Shown: in pieces, positions 56,024-64,000 of the stretch
Layout: each line of letters starts with the position of its first letter
Position numbering within the stretch: position 1 is the first letter of the stretch
DNA from: Bacillota bacterium
GTDB taxonomy: Bacteria; Bacillota_I; Bacilli_A; RFN20; CAG-288
Length of the DNA: 64,000 bases
Reading direction: 5' to 3'
NCBI GenBank assembly: GCA_036830315.1
Contig: DAISOU010000002.1
Location: 45,132 to 109,131 of the forward strand
The notes under the pieces: model-generated
What the model was told of the DNA's origin: nothing
The model's database searches: none
The model's input: only the letters and a program-made list of their open reading frames with translations
Program-made: the position numbers and the translations under genes

Positions 56024-57109
56024 TTATACGGTTACCTCCTCATTCTTTATCTGCCCAGCATCCATCTTGGAGGCTGAGACATCATTGCCGTTTGTGCCAT
56101 CGGTCAGATGGCAGGCGACAAAGTGTCCGGGTTTGATTTCTTTGAAGAGGGGTTGTTCTTTGGCACAGATATCCATAGCGTATGGACATCTGGTACGGAA
56201 GGGACAGCCGGAGGGAGCATTGAGAGGAGAAGGGATATCGCCTTTCAAGGCAATACGCTTGTTGTTCCTGGCTTTTTCAGGATCTGGTTCAGGAATTGCT
56301 GAAAGAAGGGAGATAGTATAAGGATGAATAGGATTGGCGAAGATTTCTTTGTCAGTGGCCAATTCCACCATTCTTCCCAAATACATGACGGCGATTCGGT
56401 CGGAGATGTGTTTGACGACCAGAAGGGTGTGGGCGACAAAGAGATAAGTGAGCTGGAACTTTTTCTGAAGCTCCTTGAAGGCATTCAGAACCTGAGCCTG
56501 AATGGAGACATCGAGAGCGGAGACCGGTTCGTCGCAGACGACAAACTCAGGACGCATGGCCAGAGCTCTGGCAATCCCGATACGCTGTCTCTGACCGCCG
56601 GAGAATTCATGAGGATAACGATTGGCCTGTTCTTCTGTCAGTCCGACAGTGGTCATGAGTTCCATGACCTTCTGATGTCTTTCTTCTTTGTTTTTGTAGG
56701 CTTTATGGATATCGAGAGGCTCAGCGATGATGTCTTCGACAGTCTTTCTAGGATCTAACGAGGAGTAGGGATCTTGGAAGACGATGTTGGTTTTGGTTCT
56801 GAATTCTTTGAGATCCTGTTTCGTTTTTATTTCTTTTCCGTTGAGCCAGATTCGACCGGAAGTCGGCTTGTAGAGATGAAGGATAGCTCTTCCCGCTGTC
56901 GTCTTACCGCATCCGGATTCTCCGACTAGTCCTAAGGTTTCGCCTCGTTTGATATCGAAAGAGATATCATCGACAGCTTTCAGGTCTTTGTTTCTGAGAA
57001 AACCGGTGCTGATAGGGAAATACATCTTCAAGTGAGAGACTCTGAGGATGACGTCATCGGGGATTTTTTCCTCTTTCTCGTCGACTATTTCTTTGTTTTT
57101 CTTTTTCAT
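56024..57109 (-). CDS. oppF: Opp-type ABC ATPase (OppF-like)
   Basis: Walker A GLVGESGCGKTT, signature FSGGQRQRIGIARAL, Walker B FVVCDEP, and the C-terminal oligopeptide-ABC Cys motif (CPFRTRCPYAMDIC). Confidence 0.9.
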   Translation of the reverse strand: MKKKNKEIVDEKEEKIPDDVILRVSHLKMYFPISTGFLRNKDLKAVDDISFDIKRGETLGLVGESGCGKTTAGRAILHLYKPTSGRIWLNGKEIKTKQDLKEFRTKTNIVFQDPYSSLDPRKTVEDIIAEPLDIHKAYKNKEERHQKVMELMTTVGLTEEQANRYPHEFSGGQRQRIGIARALAMRPEFVVCDEPVSALDVSIQAQVLNAFKELQKKFQLTYLFVAHTLLVVKHISDRIAVMYLGRMVELATDKEIFANPIHPYTISLLSAIPEPDPEKARNNKRIALKGDIPSPLNAPSGCPFRTRCPYAMDICAKEQPLFKEIKPGHFVACHLTDGTNGNDVSASKMDAGQIKNEEVTV

Positions 57110-57131
57110 TGTAGATATCTCCTTTCACTTC

Positions 57132-58262
57132 CTAGTCATCTTTGACCAGTTTTTTGATTTCTCGGATGGTTTTTTCTTTTGCTGGTTCATCGACGACTCG
57201 GTTTTCTTCAGTCACTTCTTTCTTTTCTTCTTCGACTGTCGGTTTGGCGGTGATGTCGATTATTCCCTCACTGTTGAGAAGACGGACAGTTTCGAAGCAG
57301 GAAGTGTAGTGATTGGGAGAAAGCTCAATCTGATCGGGGAACTTCTCTAAGCAGATTTTCATGCACTTAGAGCAGCGAGGAGCAAAGGCACAGCCTTTAG
57401 GAAGTCTGGTCAGGTTGACCGGATTGCCCTTGATAGGCTCTAATTCGTGGTCGTCAGCAAGAGTGGGAACAGAGTTTATCAGGCCTTTGGTATATTCGTG
57501 AGCGGGTCTATAGAAAATTTCGTCAGCAGTTCCTCTTTCGACAATTCTTCCCGCATACATGACATCGACTTCGTCACAGATAGCGGCCACGACTCCTAAG
57601 TCATGGGTGATCAAGATGATGGCCATGCCCATCTTCTCCTGAATGTCTTTCAATAGTTCGATGATCTGAGCCTGGATGGTGACATCCAAGGCTGTAGTCG
57701 GTTCATCGGCGATTAGAAGGTCCGGTTTGCAGACTAGAGCCATGCCGATGACGATACGCTGGAGCATACCGCCGGAGAATTCAAATGGGTATTGCTTCAT
57801 TCTCTTCTCAGGCTCGTTGATTCCGACTAAGTTGAGCATCTCAATCGAACGTTTATAGGCTTCTTTTTTGGAGACGTTTTCATGAGTTCGGACAGCTTCC
57901 TCTAACTGGTTGCCGATGGTATAGACAGGATCGAGAGCCGTCATCGGGTCTTGGAAGATCATGGCGATACGGTTGCCGCGGATGTTTCTGAGTTTTTCTT
58001 TTGACATCCCCAGCATCTCTTCGCCTTCAAAGACGATAGAACCGGAGTCGATATGTCCGTTTTTGTCGACAATCTGCATGATGGAGTAGGAGGTTACTGA
58101 CTTACCGGAACCGGATTCGCCGACTATTCCCAATATTTTTCCTTTGTCCAGAGTGAAGGAGACCCCGTTGATGGCTTCGACTTTGCCGGCCATGATCTTG
58201 AAAGAAACATGGAGGTCCTTCACTTCTAGAAGGTGCTTGTAATTTTTAGCTGTCATTGTCAT
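57132..58262 (-). CDS. oppD: Opp-type ABC ATPase (OppD-like) with a Lys/Glu-rich C-terminal tail
   Basis: Walker A GIVGESGSGKSV, signature FSGGMLQRIVIGMAL, Walker B LLIADEPTTALD, CAFAPRCSKCMKIC. About 50 extra charged residues at the C-terminus. Confidence 0.9.
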   Translation of the reverse strand: MTMTAKNYKHLLEVKDLHVSFKIMAGKVEAINGVSFTLDKGKILGIVGESGSGKSVTSYSIMQIVDKNGHIDSGSIVFEGEEMLGMSKEKLRNIRGNRIAMIFQDPMTALDPVYTIGNQLEEAVRTHENVSKKEAYKRSIEMLNLVGINEPEKRMKQYPFEFSGGMLQRIVIGMALVCKPDLLIADEPTTALDVTIQAQIIELLKDIQEKMGMAIILITHDLGVVAAICDEVDVMYAGRIVERGTADEIFYRPAHEYTKGLINSVPTLADDHELEPIKGNPVNLTRLPKGCAFAPRCSKCMKICLEKFPDQIELSPNHYTSCFETVRLLNSEGIIDITAKPTVEEEKKEVTEENRVVDEPAKEKTIREIKKLVKDD

Positions 58263-58268
58263 TCACCT

Positions 58269-59357
58269 CTATTTCTGAAGCTTGGGATCGAAAGAATCAC
58301 GCAGACCGTCTCCAAAGAGGTTGAAGGCCAAGATGATGATGGAGATGATACAGGCAGGGATGATGAGAAGATACGGATAGGAGGAAATACTGTTGAGGGC
58401 GTCACTTGCAAGAGACCCTAAGGATGGCATCGGAGCTGAGACTCCTAAGCCGATGAAGGAGAGGAAGGATTCAGTGAAGATGGCGGAAGGAATCTGCAGA
58501 GTGACGGAGATGATGATGACTGAGATCGAGTTAGGAAGAAGATGCTTGAAGATGATCCAGAATCCGGAAGCTCCGGAAGCCTTGCTGGCTAAGACAAAGT
58601 CTTCTTTCTTGATAGTCAGAATCTGACCTCTGACCAGTCTTGCCATACCTACCCAGTAAAGAAGAGCAAAGACGATGAAGATGGATATCATGCCTGTACC
58701 TAAAGCCGATAAGAAGGCACTGTTATCGATATTGAGAGTCGTTTTCAAAATAGAAGCGAGGAGAATGATGATGAGAAGATCAGGAAGAGAGTAGATGATA
58801 TCGACGATTCTCATCATGACTAAGTCGACTTTTCCGCCAAAGTATCCTGATATTGATCCGTAGATGGATCCGATAATCAAAACGATGATGGAAGCAAAGA
58901 GACCGACAATCAGGGAGATACGGGCGCCGTAGATGACTCGGATGAAGTAGTCTCTTCCCAAAGAGTCGGTTCCGAAGAGATGAGGGAAGATAGTCTCGCC
59001 ATTGGCGATTCTTGCAAGTTCCGCTGTTCCGTATTCCATCGGACTGAGATTGTTATAGGAACCGTCGGAGTAATAAGTTCCTAACTGCAGATCGTAGGAA
59101 TAAGGCCAGACTTCAGGAATCACGATGACGGCAATAAGGACTAAGATGATGGCGATGAAGGAGACGAGGGCGACTGGATTATGAAATAGTCTGACTAGAC
59201 CGTCTTTGAAGAAGGAGGAAGGCTTGCCTTTGATATCGGCCGCAGCCTGTTCGTCTTCAGTTGCTCTCTGAAGGAGAGTCAAGTCGACCTGGAAGCTGAG
59301 AGGATTCTTTTTGCCGAGTCCGAAACCGATCGGCATACCGCTGTTTTTAGTTGTCAT
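58269..59357 (-). CDS. oppC: Opp-type ABC permease (OppC-like)
   Basis: ATG at 59357 follows AAAGGAGAA. A long N-terminal cytoplasmic segment, then 6 TM helices. Position in the operon supports the call. Confidence 0.85.
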   Translation of the reverse strand: MTTKNSGMPIGFGLGKKNPLSFQVDLTLLQRATEDEQAAADIKGKPSSFFKDGLVRLFHNPVALVSFIAIILVLIAVIVIPEVWPYSYDLQLGTYYSDGSYNNLSPMEYGTAELARIANGETIFPHLFGTDSLGRDYFIRVIYGARISLIVGLFASIIVLIIGSIYGSISGYFGGKVDLVMMRIVDIIYSLPDLLIIILLASILKTTLNIDNSAFLSALGTGMISIFIVFALLYWVGMARLVRGQILTIKKEDFVLASKASGASGFWIIFKHLLPNSISVIIISVTLQIPSAIFTESFLSFIGLGVSAPMPSLGSLASDALNSISSYPYLLIIPACIISIIILAFNLFGDGLRDSFDPKLQK

Positions 59358-59376
59358 TTCAAGAATTCTCCTTTCT

Positions 59377-60303
59377 TTAGTCGAAGTCGACCTTGGGGTC
59401 AGCAACCTTATAGAGGATATCGGAGACCAAAAGCATGATGACCATGATATCGGTTAAGAAGATGGTCGTTCCCATGATCATCGGATAATCACGATTAGAG
59501 ATGGAGGAGACAAAGTCTCTTCCAAGACCGGGGATGGCGAAGATCTGCTCAACGACTAAAGAACCAGTGATGATGTAGGCAAATTCAGGTCCGAAATAGG
59601 TGATGACAGGTGTAAGTGAATTTCTGAGAGCGTGTTTGAATAAGACTTTTCTGTTCGATAATCCCTTGGCCTTTGCCATCTTGATGTAATCCTGATTGAG
59701 GACATCGAGAGTCGAAGACCTGGTGAGTCTTGTTATATAGGCCATCGGATAGAGGGAGAGAGTGATAGTCGGAAGAATATAGCCGGCGATGCTGGTTCCA
59801 TTGGCCGGGAACCATTTGAGAGTGACACAGAAGAGAAGAAGAAGGACAGTTGCTATGATGAAGGAAGGAAGGGCGATACTGGCAGTTGACAAGACCATGA
59901 TGACACGGTCACCGACTTTGTTTTGATGAGTGGCGGCTAAAGATCCTAAGATGATGCCGGTGAAAGTGGCGATAAGCAAAGCGATAAGGCCGATGATTCC
60001 CGACACCTTGAAATCAGAGAAGATGATATCGGTAACAAATCTTCCGGTCTTCTTGATAGACGGACCGAAATCCCAGATTAAGGCACCTTTCAGATAATTG
60101 AGGTATTGGATGAAAACAGGCTTATCAAGACCGTACTGGGCTTCAAGAAGAGCCAGTGTTTCGGCGGAGATGCTTTTTTCGGCTAAGAAGGGACCCCCAG
60201 GAATAAGCTGCATGGCAAAGAAGGTTATGGTAATGACAGCAAACACTGTCACAACAGCCATAATCAGTCTTTTTAAAATATAGGATAGAAACTTGGAATT
60301 CAC
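59377..60303 (-). CDS. oppB: Opp-type ABC permease (OppB-like)
   Basis: I prefer the GTG at 60303, preceded by AAAGGAGA. This gives the N-terminus (M)NSKFLSYILKRL, typical of OppB/DppB. 6 TM helices. Confidence 0.85.
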   Translation of the reverse strand: MNSKFLSYILKRLIMAVVTVFAVITITFFAMQLIPGGPFLAEKSISAETLALLEAQYGLDKPVFIQYLNYLKGALIWDFGPSIKKTGRFVTDIIFSDFKVSGIIGLIALLIATFTGIILGSLAATHQNKVGDRVIMVLSTASIALPSFIIATVLLLLFCVTLKWFPANGTSIAGYILPTITLSLYPMAYITRLTRSSTLDVLNQDYIKMAKAKGLSNRKVLFKHALRNSLTPVITYFGPEFAYIITGSLVVEQIFAIPGLGRDFVSSISNRDYPMIMGTTIFLTDIMVIMLLVSDILYKVADPKVDFD

Positions 60304-60681
60304 GGGAATCTCCTTTTTAAGGCCAAAGTAAAAACTTGGTGGCGGACGCTGCTTTTTCAATCAACTGCTTACGAGCTTGATCAAGAAATCTGTCTTTCAA
60401 CGCCAATGGTTGGCGGCCTATGGCAATTGGTATAGTCTCATTAATATGAATAGTCAAAGGGTATTTTGAAAATTTCTTTCATAACCCCTAAGAAAGCGAT
60501 TTCACAAAAAGCTGAAATTTGTCTTTATTTGTCAAAAACAACTGAAATTTTTAGCAAAACAATGATAATTGGCTGAAAAAAGCAATTTTCATATTTCCGG
60601 AACGAAAATCAAGCGCGATTATTTTCGTTAAAAACGCCGATAAACACTATGGTTTATCAGAAAAAAGAAACGAATGAGAAA

Positions 60682-60707
60682 AGCTATTGTAAGAGCTTAC
60701 AATAGCT
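60682..60707 (-). terminator. Terminator hairpin downstream of the LRR gene
   Basis: AGCTATTGTAAG paired with CTTACAATAGCT, followed on the minus strand by TTTTCTCATTCGTTTCTTTTTT. Confidence 0.7.
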
Positions 60708-60754
60708 TTAGTTTATAATTGAGAACTGCTATTCGAATACTTTGTTTCTAGGTG

Positions 60755-63550
60755 TTACCACAAAACCGGATTGCTGTCTTTATCGTAATGCCAGGAGTCT
60801 GTCTTTGAAGTGTCGCTGTAATAATAGCTCTTGCCGGTCAGTTCATTTATCGGGTTTGCATTCCAAGATTTCTGGGCGGCGGTATTTTCAAAATAGATGT
60901 TTCCGGTGACGCTGTTAAAGGCATCCTCATTCATATAAGTCACTGTGTCAGAGATGATATAAGTTAAGGGATTTTCATTCAGATCATTGAAGGCCTGTCT
61001 TGAAATCCATTTCAGGCTGTCTCTAAAATCGAGAGTGCCAGTCAGGGAGGTGTTAGAGGAGAAACATCTCGTTCCGATTTCAGTTACTTCCTTATTTGAA
61101 ACAAAGGTCTCTAATTTTTCACATTCGGAAAAGACAAATGAATCGAGTTTTGTTGTAGTGGAGGCTAGTGTTATCGAAGTGAGTTTTGATCCAGCAAAAG
61201 CGTAATCTCCTAATTCCTTGACTCCCTCTTTGACAGTGTAGGAGGAGGTGCAGGGAACAGAAGAGAGCAGGACCGTTTTATCAGCGTTATAGAGTTCATC
61301 TTCGTAGCTGGATAAATATTTGTTAGTCTGGTCTACTATGTATTTGCTGATTTCGGTGCTGAAGGCATTTTTACCATAAGTAGTAACTGAATTTGGAATA
61401 AACAATTCAGGGATGTCATAACATTGACTAAAAGCCCTTGAAGAAATGGCTTCGATATTGGAGGGAATGACAATTCTGCGGTCTGATATTCCATAGAAAT
61501 CATTTGGTAAAACTGTCATTTTTGAGGAAATAGTAACGGACTCAGCATTGGCCTGTATAGAACCTTCACCCATGGCAGTCACAGTGTCTGGTATGACAAT
61601 CGTCGACACTCTGGTGTAATCGAAGGCGCTGTTTCCGATTAATTCCAAGCCGTCATTCAGAGTTATTGATTTATTGATCTTACAATCTGTGAAGACTCCG
61701 TCTTCAATTAACCTGACATTCTTTCCCAAGGTTAGACTGTTGAGGGTTCTATGATAGAATGAACGTTGACCGACGGTCTTGACAGTAGCTGGTACGACTA
61801 TGTCATTTGTAGCAGAGGCGGGACACCAGAGAAGCTTTGTCTTATCCTTATTATATAGGATGTTGTCAGCGGCTGAGAATTCAGTGTTTCCTTCAGCGAC
61901 TGTTACAGTCTTGACTGATGTTGCATTTTGAAATACCTCGTCACTGATAGTCTTTAAACTGGCAGGAAGATTCAAGGAAGATAAAGGATCGTTATATTGC
62001 ACTAAGGAACCGCAGATATATTTGAGTCCTTCAGGAAGAGTGAGAGTAGTTAAATTTATTTGATTAGACAAACCGCCTCCGTAGATAAGGACAGTCTTAG
62101 GATCAAGAGAATATGTAGCAGGAATACTGTTTGTTGGAGAAACCCCTACTAAGTATTTGACGCTCTTATCAGAGGAGACTAAATACTTGATGCCAGCGGT
62201 ATTCTTCTCCAAAGCAAGAAGATTGGTATTTGAAAATACGCGCTCACCTATGAAACTGATATTGTTTCCGACATTGAGAGTTGTCAATTTGGTACAGCTG
62301 TTAAAAGCGTTCTGCTCGATTCTCTCAACGCTATTAGGCAAGGTGATAGCAGATAAGGATGTCGCGTGATCGAAAGCATTTTCTCCTACTTCCTTAAGGC
62401 CTTCAGGAAGAGAAACATCAGTCAGGTTCCCACAAAAATAAAAGCAGTATGAAGACAGTTTCTCTATTTTCGAATCAGATAAGTTAACGCTGGCAATCAA
62501 AGAACCCTGGAAGGTGTAATCTGAGAGATATCTGACACTGGATGGGACAGTAAGAGAAGAGAGTGTCACCTTGTCAAAAGCGTTGGAGGCGATAGCATCG
62601 GTGTCATTGTCAATTTCAAAACTGGTTATTGAGGTTCCGTCAGTGAGATAAAGGATCTTATTGTTTCCTGATCTTGAAGTGATGTAGACGGACTTTTTAT
62701 CAGAAGTGAGCAAGGCCTTTTTTTCAGTTTCGAAAGGTGTGTTCTTTAAGGCCTTATCGCTGATATTCTGAAGATTGTCTCCGAAAGTGAGGGTTGTTAG
62801 GCTCACGCAGTCAAGAAAGCACAACTCGCTGATCGAGACGGTTTCATCTGGCAAAGCCACATTGTTGAGACTGCTGCATTTTACGAAGGCACTTTGTCCG
62901 ATTTCTTTTATATTCTTGGAAAAGACAACTGTTTTCAAGTGAGAACAGCCGGCGAAGGCCAATTCACTGATCATCTTAACGCTGTCGGGAATCAGCACTT
63001 TCTCAATTTTCTCATTGCCTTCAAAAGCATTGTTGCTGATGCCTATGACGTCATAACCCTGATATTTAGTCTGAATGACAACATCAGTATCAGTTCCGTT
63101 ATATTCGGTGACATAGAATCCGGGTTCAACATCACCATCATTTACATAATTGTAGATGAGACCTTTTGTTCCGACTGTCATCATTTCTTCATACTGAGCC
63201 TTGAAGGTCGTGTTTTCAGTGATGTTGATATCTAGTGATTTATCCCAGCCTGTGAAGACATAATTATAACCGGAAGTATCATTTTCTTCTTTTTCTCTTT
63301 TAGGCGTGTCAGAGTTGAAAACTGCTTTTTCGCCTTTCTTTACCTGAATAGTCTTAATCAGGGTGTTGTCATAGTTGACAAAATCAACTTTGAAATAGAC
63401 CGCTACTGGTTCCTGATTTGAAGATGAAGAAGCATCAGAAGAAGTGTGACTTTCGGAATTATCGGACGAACTTATTGGTTTGCTGCAACTTGAAATACCT
63501 AATGAAACTAGAGTAAGTATTAGTAATCCTGTTTTTGTTTTCATATTCAA
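60755..63550 (-). CDS. BspA-like leucine-rich-repeat surface lipoprotein with an N-terminal Listeria-Bacteroides-type repeat
   Basis: Lipobox GISSC and a Ser-rich linker. YFKVDFVNYDN...YNYVFTGWDKSL. More than 15 LRR_5-type units (IPDSVKMISELAFAGCSHLKTVVFSKNIKEIGQSAFVKCSSLNNVALP...). Confidence 0.85.
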   Translation of the reverse strand: MNMKTKTGLLILTLVSLGISSCSKPISSSDNSESHTSSDASSSSNQEPVAVYFKVDFVNYDNTLIKTIQVKKGEKAVFNSDTPKREKEENDTSGYNYVFTGWDKSLDINITENTTFKAQYEEMMTVGTKGLIYNYVNDGDVEPGFYVTEYNGTDTDVVIQTKYQGYDVIGISNNAFEGNEKIEKVLIPDSVKMISELAFAGCSHLKTVVFSKNIKEIGQSAFVKCSSLNNVALPDETVSISELCFLDCVSLTTLTFGDNLQNISDKALKNTPFETEKKALLTSDKKSVYITSRSGNNKILYLTDGTSITSFEIDNDTDAIASNAFDKVTLSSLTVPSSVRYLSDYTFQGSLIASVNLSDSKIEKLSSYCFYFCGNLTDVSLPEGLKEVGENAFDHATSLSAITLPNSVERIEQNAFNSCTKLTTLNVGNNISFIGERVFSNTNLLALEKNTAGIKYLVSSDKSVKYLVGVSPTNSIPATYSLDPKTVLIYGGGLSNQINLTTLTLPEGLKYICGSLVQYNDPLSSLNLPASLKTISDEVFQNATSVKTVTVAEGNTEFSAADNILYNKDKTKLLWCPASATNDIVVPATVKTVGQRSFYHRTLNSLTLGKNVRLIEDGVFTDCKINKSITLNDGLELIGNSAFDYTRVSTIVIPDTVTAMGEGSIQANAESVTISSKMTVLPNDFYGISDRRIVIPSNIEAISSRAFSQCYDIPELFIPNSVTTYGKNAFSTEISKYIVDQTNKYLSSYEDELYNADKTVLLSSVPCTSSYTVKEGVKELGDYAFAGSKLTSITLASTTTKLDSFVFSECEKLETFVSNKEVTEIGTRCFSSNTSLTGTLDFRDSLKWISRQAFNDLNENPLTYIISDTVTYMNEDAFNSVTGNIYFENTAAQKSWNANPINELTGKSYYYSDTSKTDSWHYDKDSNPVLW

Positions 63551-63718
63551 AGAACTCCTTTTCTATCACCTGCCTAAATGATAGACCAGAAAAGTGATGC
63601 ATACAATCAAAACAACTCAGAATACTCACTATTCCTTATAAATGACAGAGATATGCGAAGATGTGTTTTATTGTTCAAATGTAGGATATAATAAGGGAAA
63701 TGCTGGGAGAATAACCAA

Positions 63719-64000
63719 ATGGAAATCAGTGAATTAGTCGAAAGACAGAGAGATTACTTCAATAAGGGCGAGACTCTTTCCTATAAGTTTCGCTATGAGC
63801 AGTTATGCCGACTTGAAAAAGGCATCAAAGAGATGGAGAAAGAAATCTTTGACGCTCTTTATGCTGATTTGCACAAAGCTCCCTTTGAGTCTTATATGGC
63901 TGAAGTCGGACTGACTCTCTCAGAACTTACCTTTGTCAAAAAACACCTGAAAAAATGGATGAAAAAACAGAGAGTCCATACTCCCATAACTCAGTTTCCC
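63719..64000 (+). CDS. 5' part of an aldehyde dehydrogenase (ALDH3-like); continues beyond the window
   Basis: ATG at 63719 follows GGGAGAATAACCAA. It is open to nt 64000 and not in the track. MEISELVERQRDYFNKGETLSYKFRYEQLCRLEKGIKEMEKEIFDALYADLHKAPFESYMAEVG resembles ALDH3-family N-termini. Confidence 0.6.
   Translation, partial: MEISELVERQRDYFNKGETLSYKFRYEQLCRLEKGIKEMEKEIFDALYADLHKAPFESYMAEVGLTLSELTFVKKHLKKWMKKQRVHTPITQFP

Overview
All calls are by-eye motif reading and hand counting, with no searches run; short-element coordinates may be off by a few nt. The window comes from a low-GC, Gram-positive or Mollicutes/Erysipelotrichia-like genome using the standard code: TAA, TAG and TGA all end genes and Trp is TGG. 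Every exported protein is held by a lipobox Cys or by TM helices, and I saw no LPXTG signals.

About 42 kb (roughly 8.5-49.9 kb) is an accessory surface glycan-degradation island. It contains:
- Seven intact paralogous GH3 exo-glycosidases plus one interrupted by an in-frame TAG. All have the permuted domain order (alpha/beta sandwich, then Fn3-like, then TIM barrel). Most are anchored by both an N-terminal and a C-terminal TM helix.
- Three paralogous two-component systems, each a LytTR response regulator with an AgrC-like GHKL kinase.
- Several lipoproteins or TM proteins built from CBM6/35-like and Ig-like modules.
- Two members of a lipoprotein family I cannot place.
- No sugar transporter and no cytoplasmic sugar-catabolic gene.

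The flanks hold two large surface lipoproteins, a MOP/MATE-like membrane protein, a metallophosphoesterase, metK behind an S-box-like riboswitch, a MATE exporter, an oppBCDFA-type ABC operon, a BspA-like LRR lipoprotein and the 5' end of an aldehyde dehydrogenase. I saw no rRNA, tRNA, CRISPR array, transposase or integrase.

The observations most worth following up:
1. A TTRCGAAATA direct repeat with exact 21-bp phasing sits in front of three island transcription units, making it a candidate LytTR operator.
2. An AgrC-type kinase gene is translationally coupled to a multi-CBM membrane protein, a possible three-component glycan sensor.
3. Two in-frame TAG codons, in one GH3 and one kinase, are each followed by paralog-conserved in-frame sequence.
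4. Six GH3 C-terminal anchors share a conserved intramembrane [WY]-x7-D motif.
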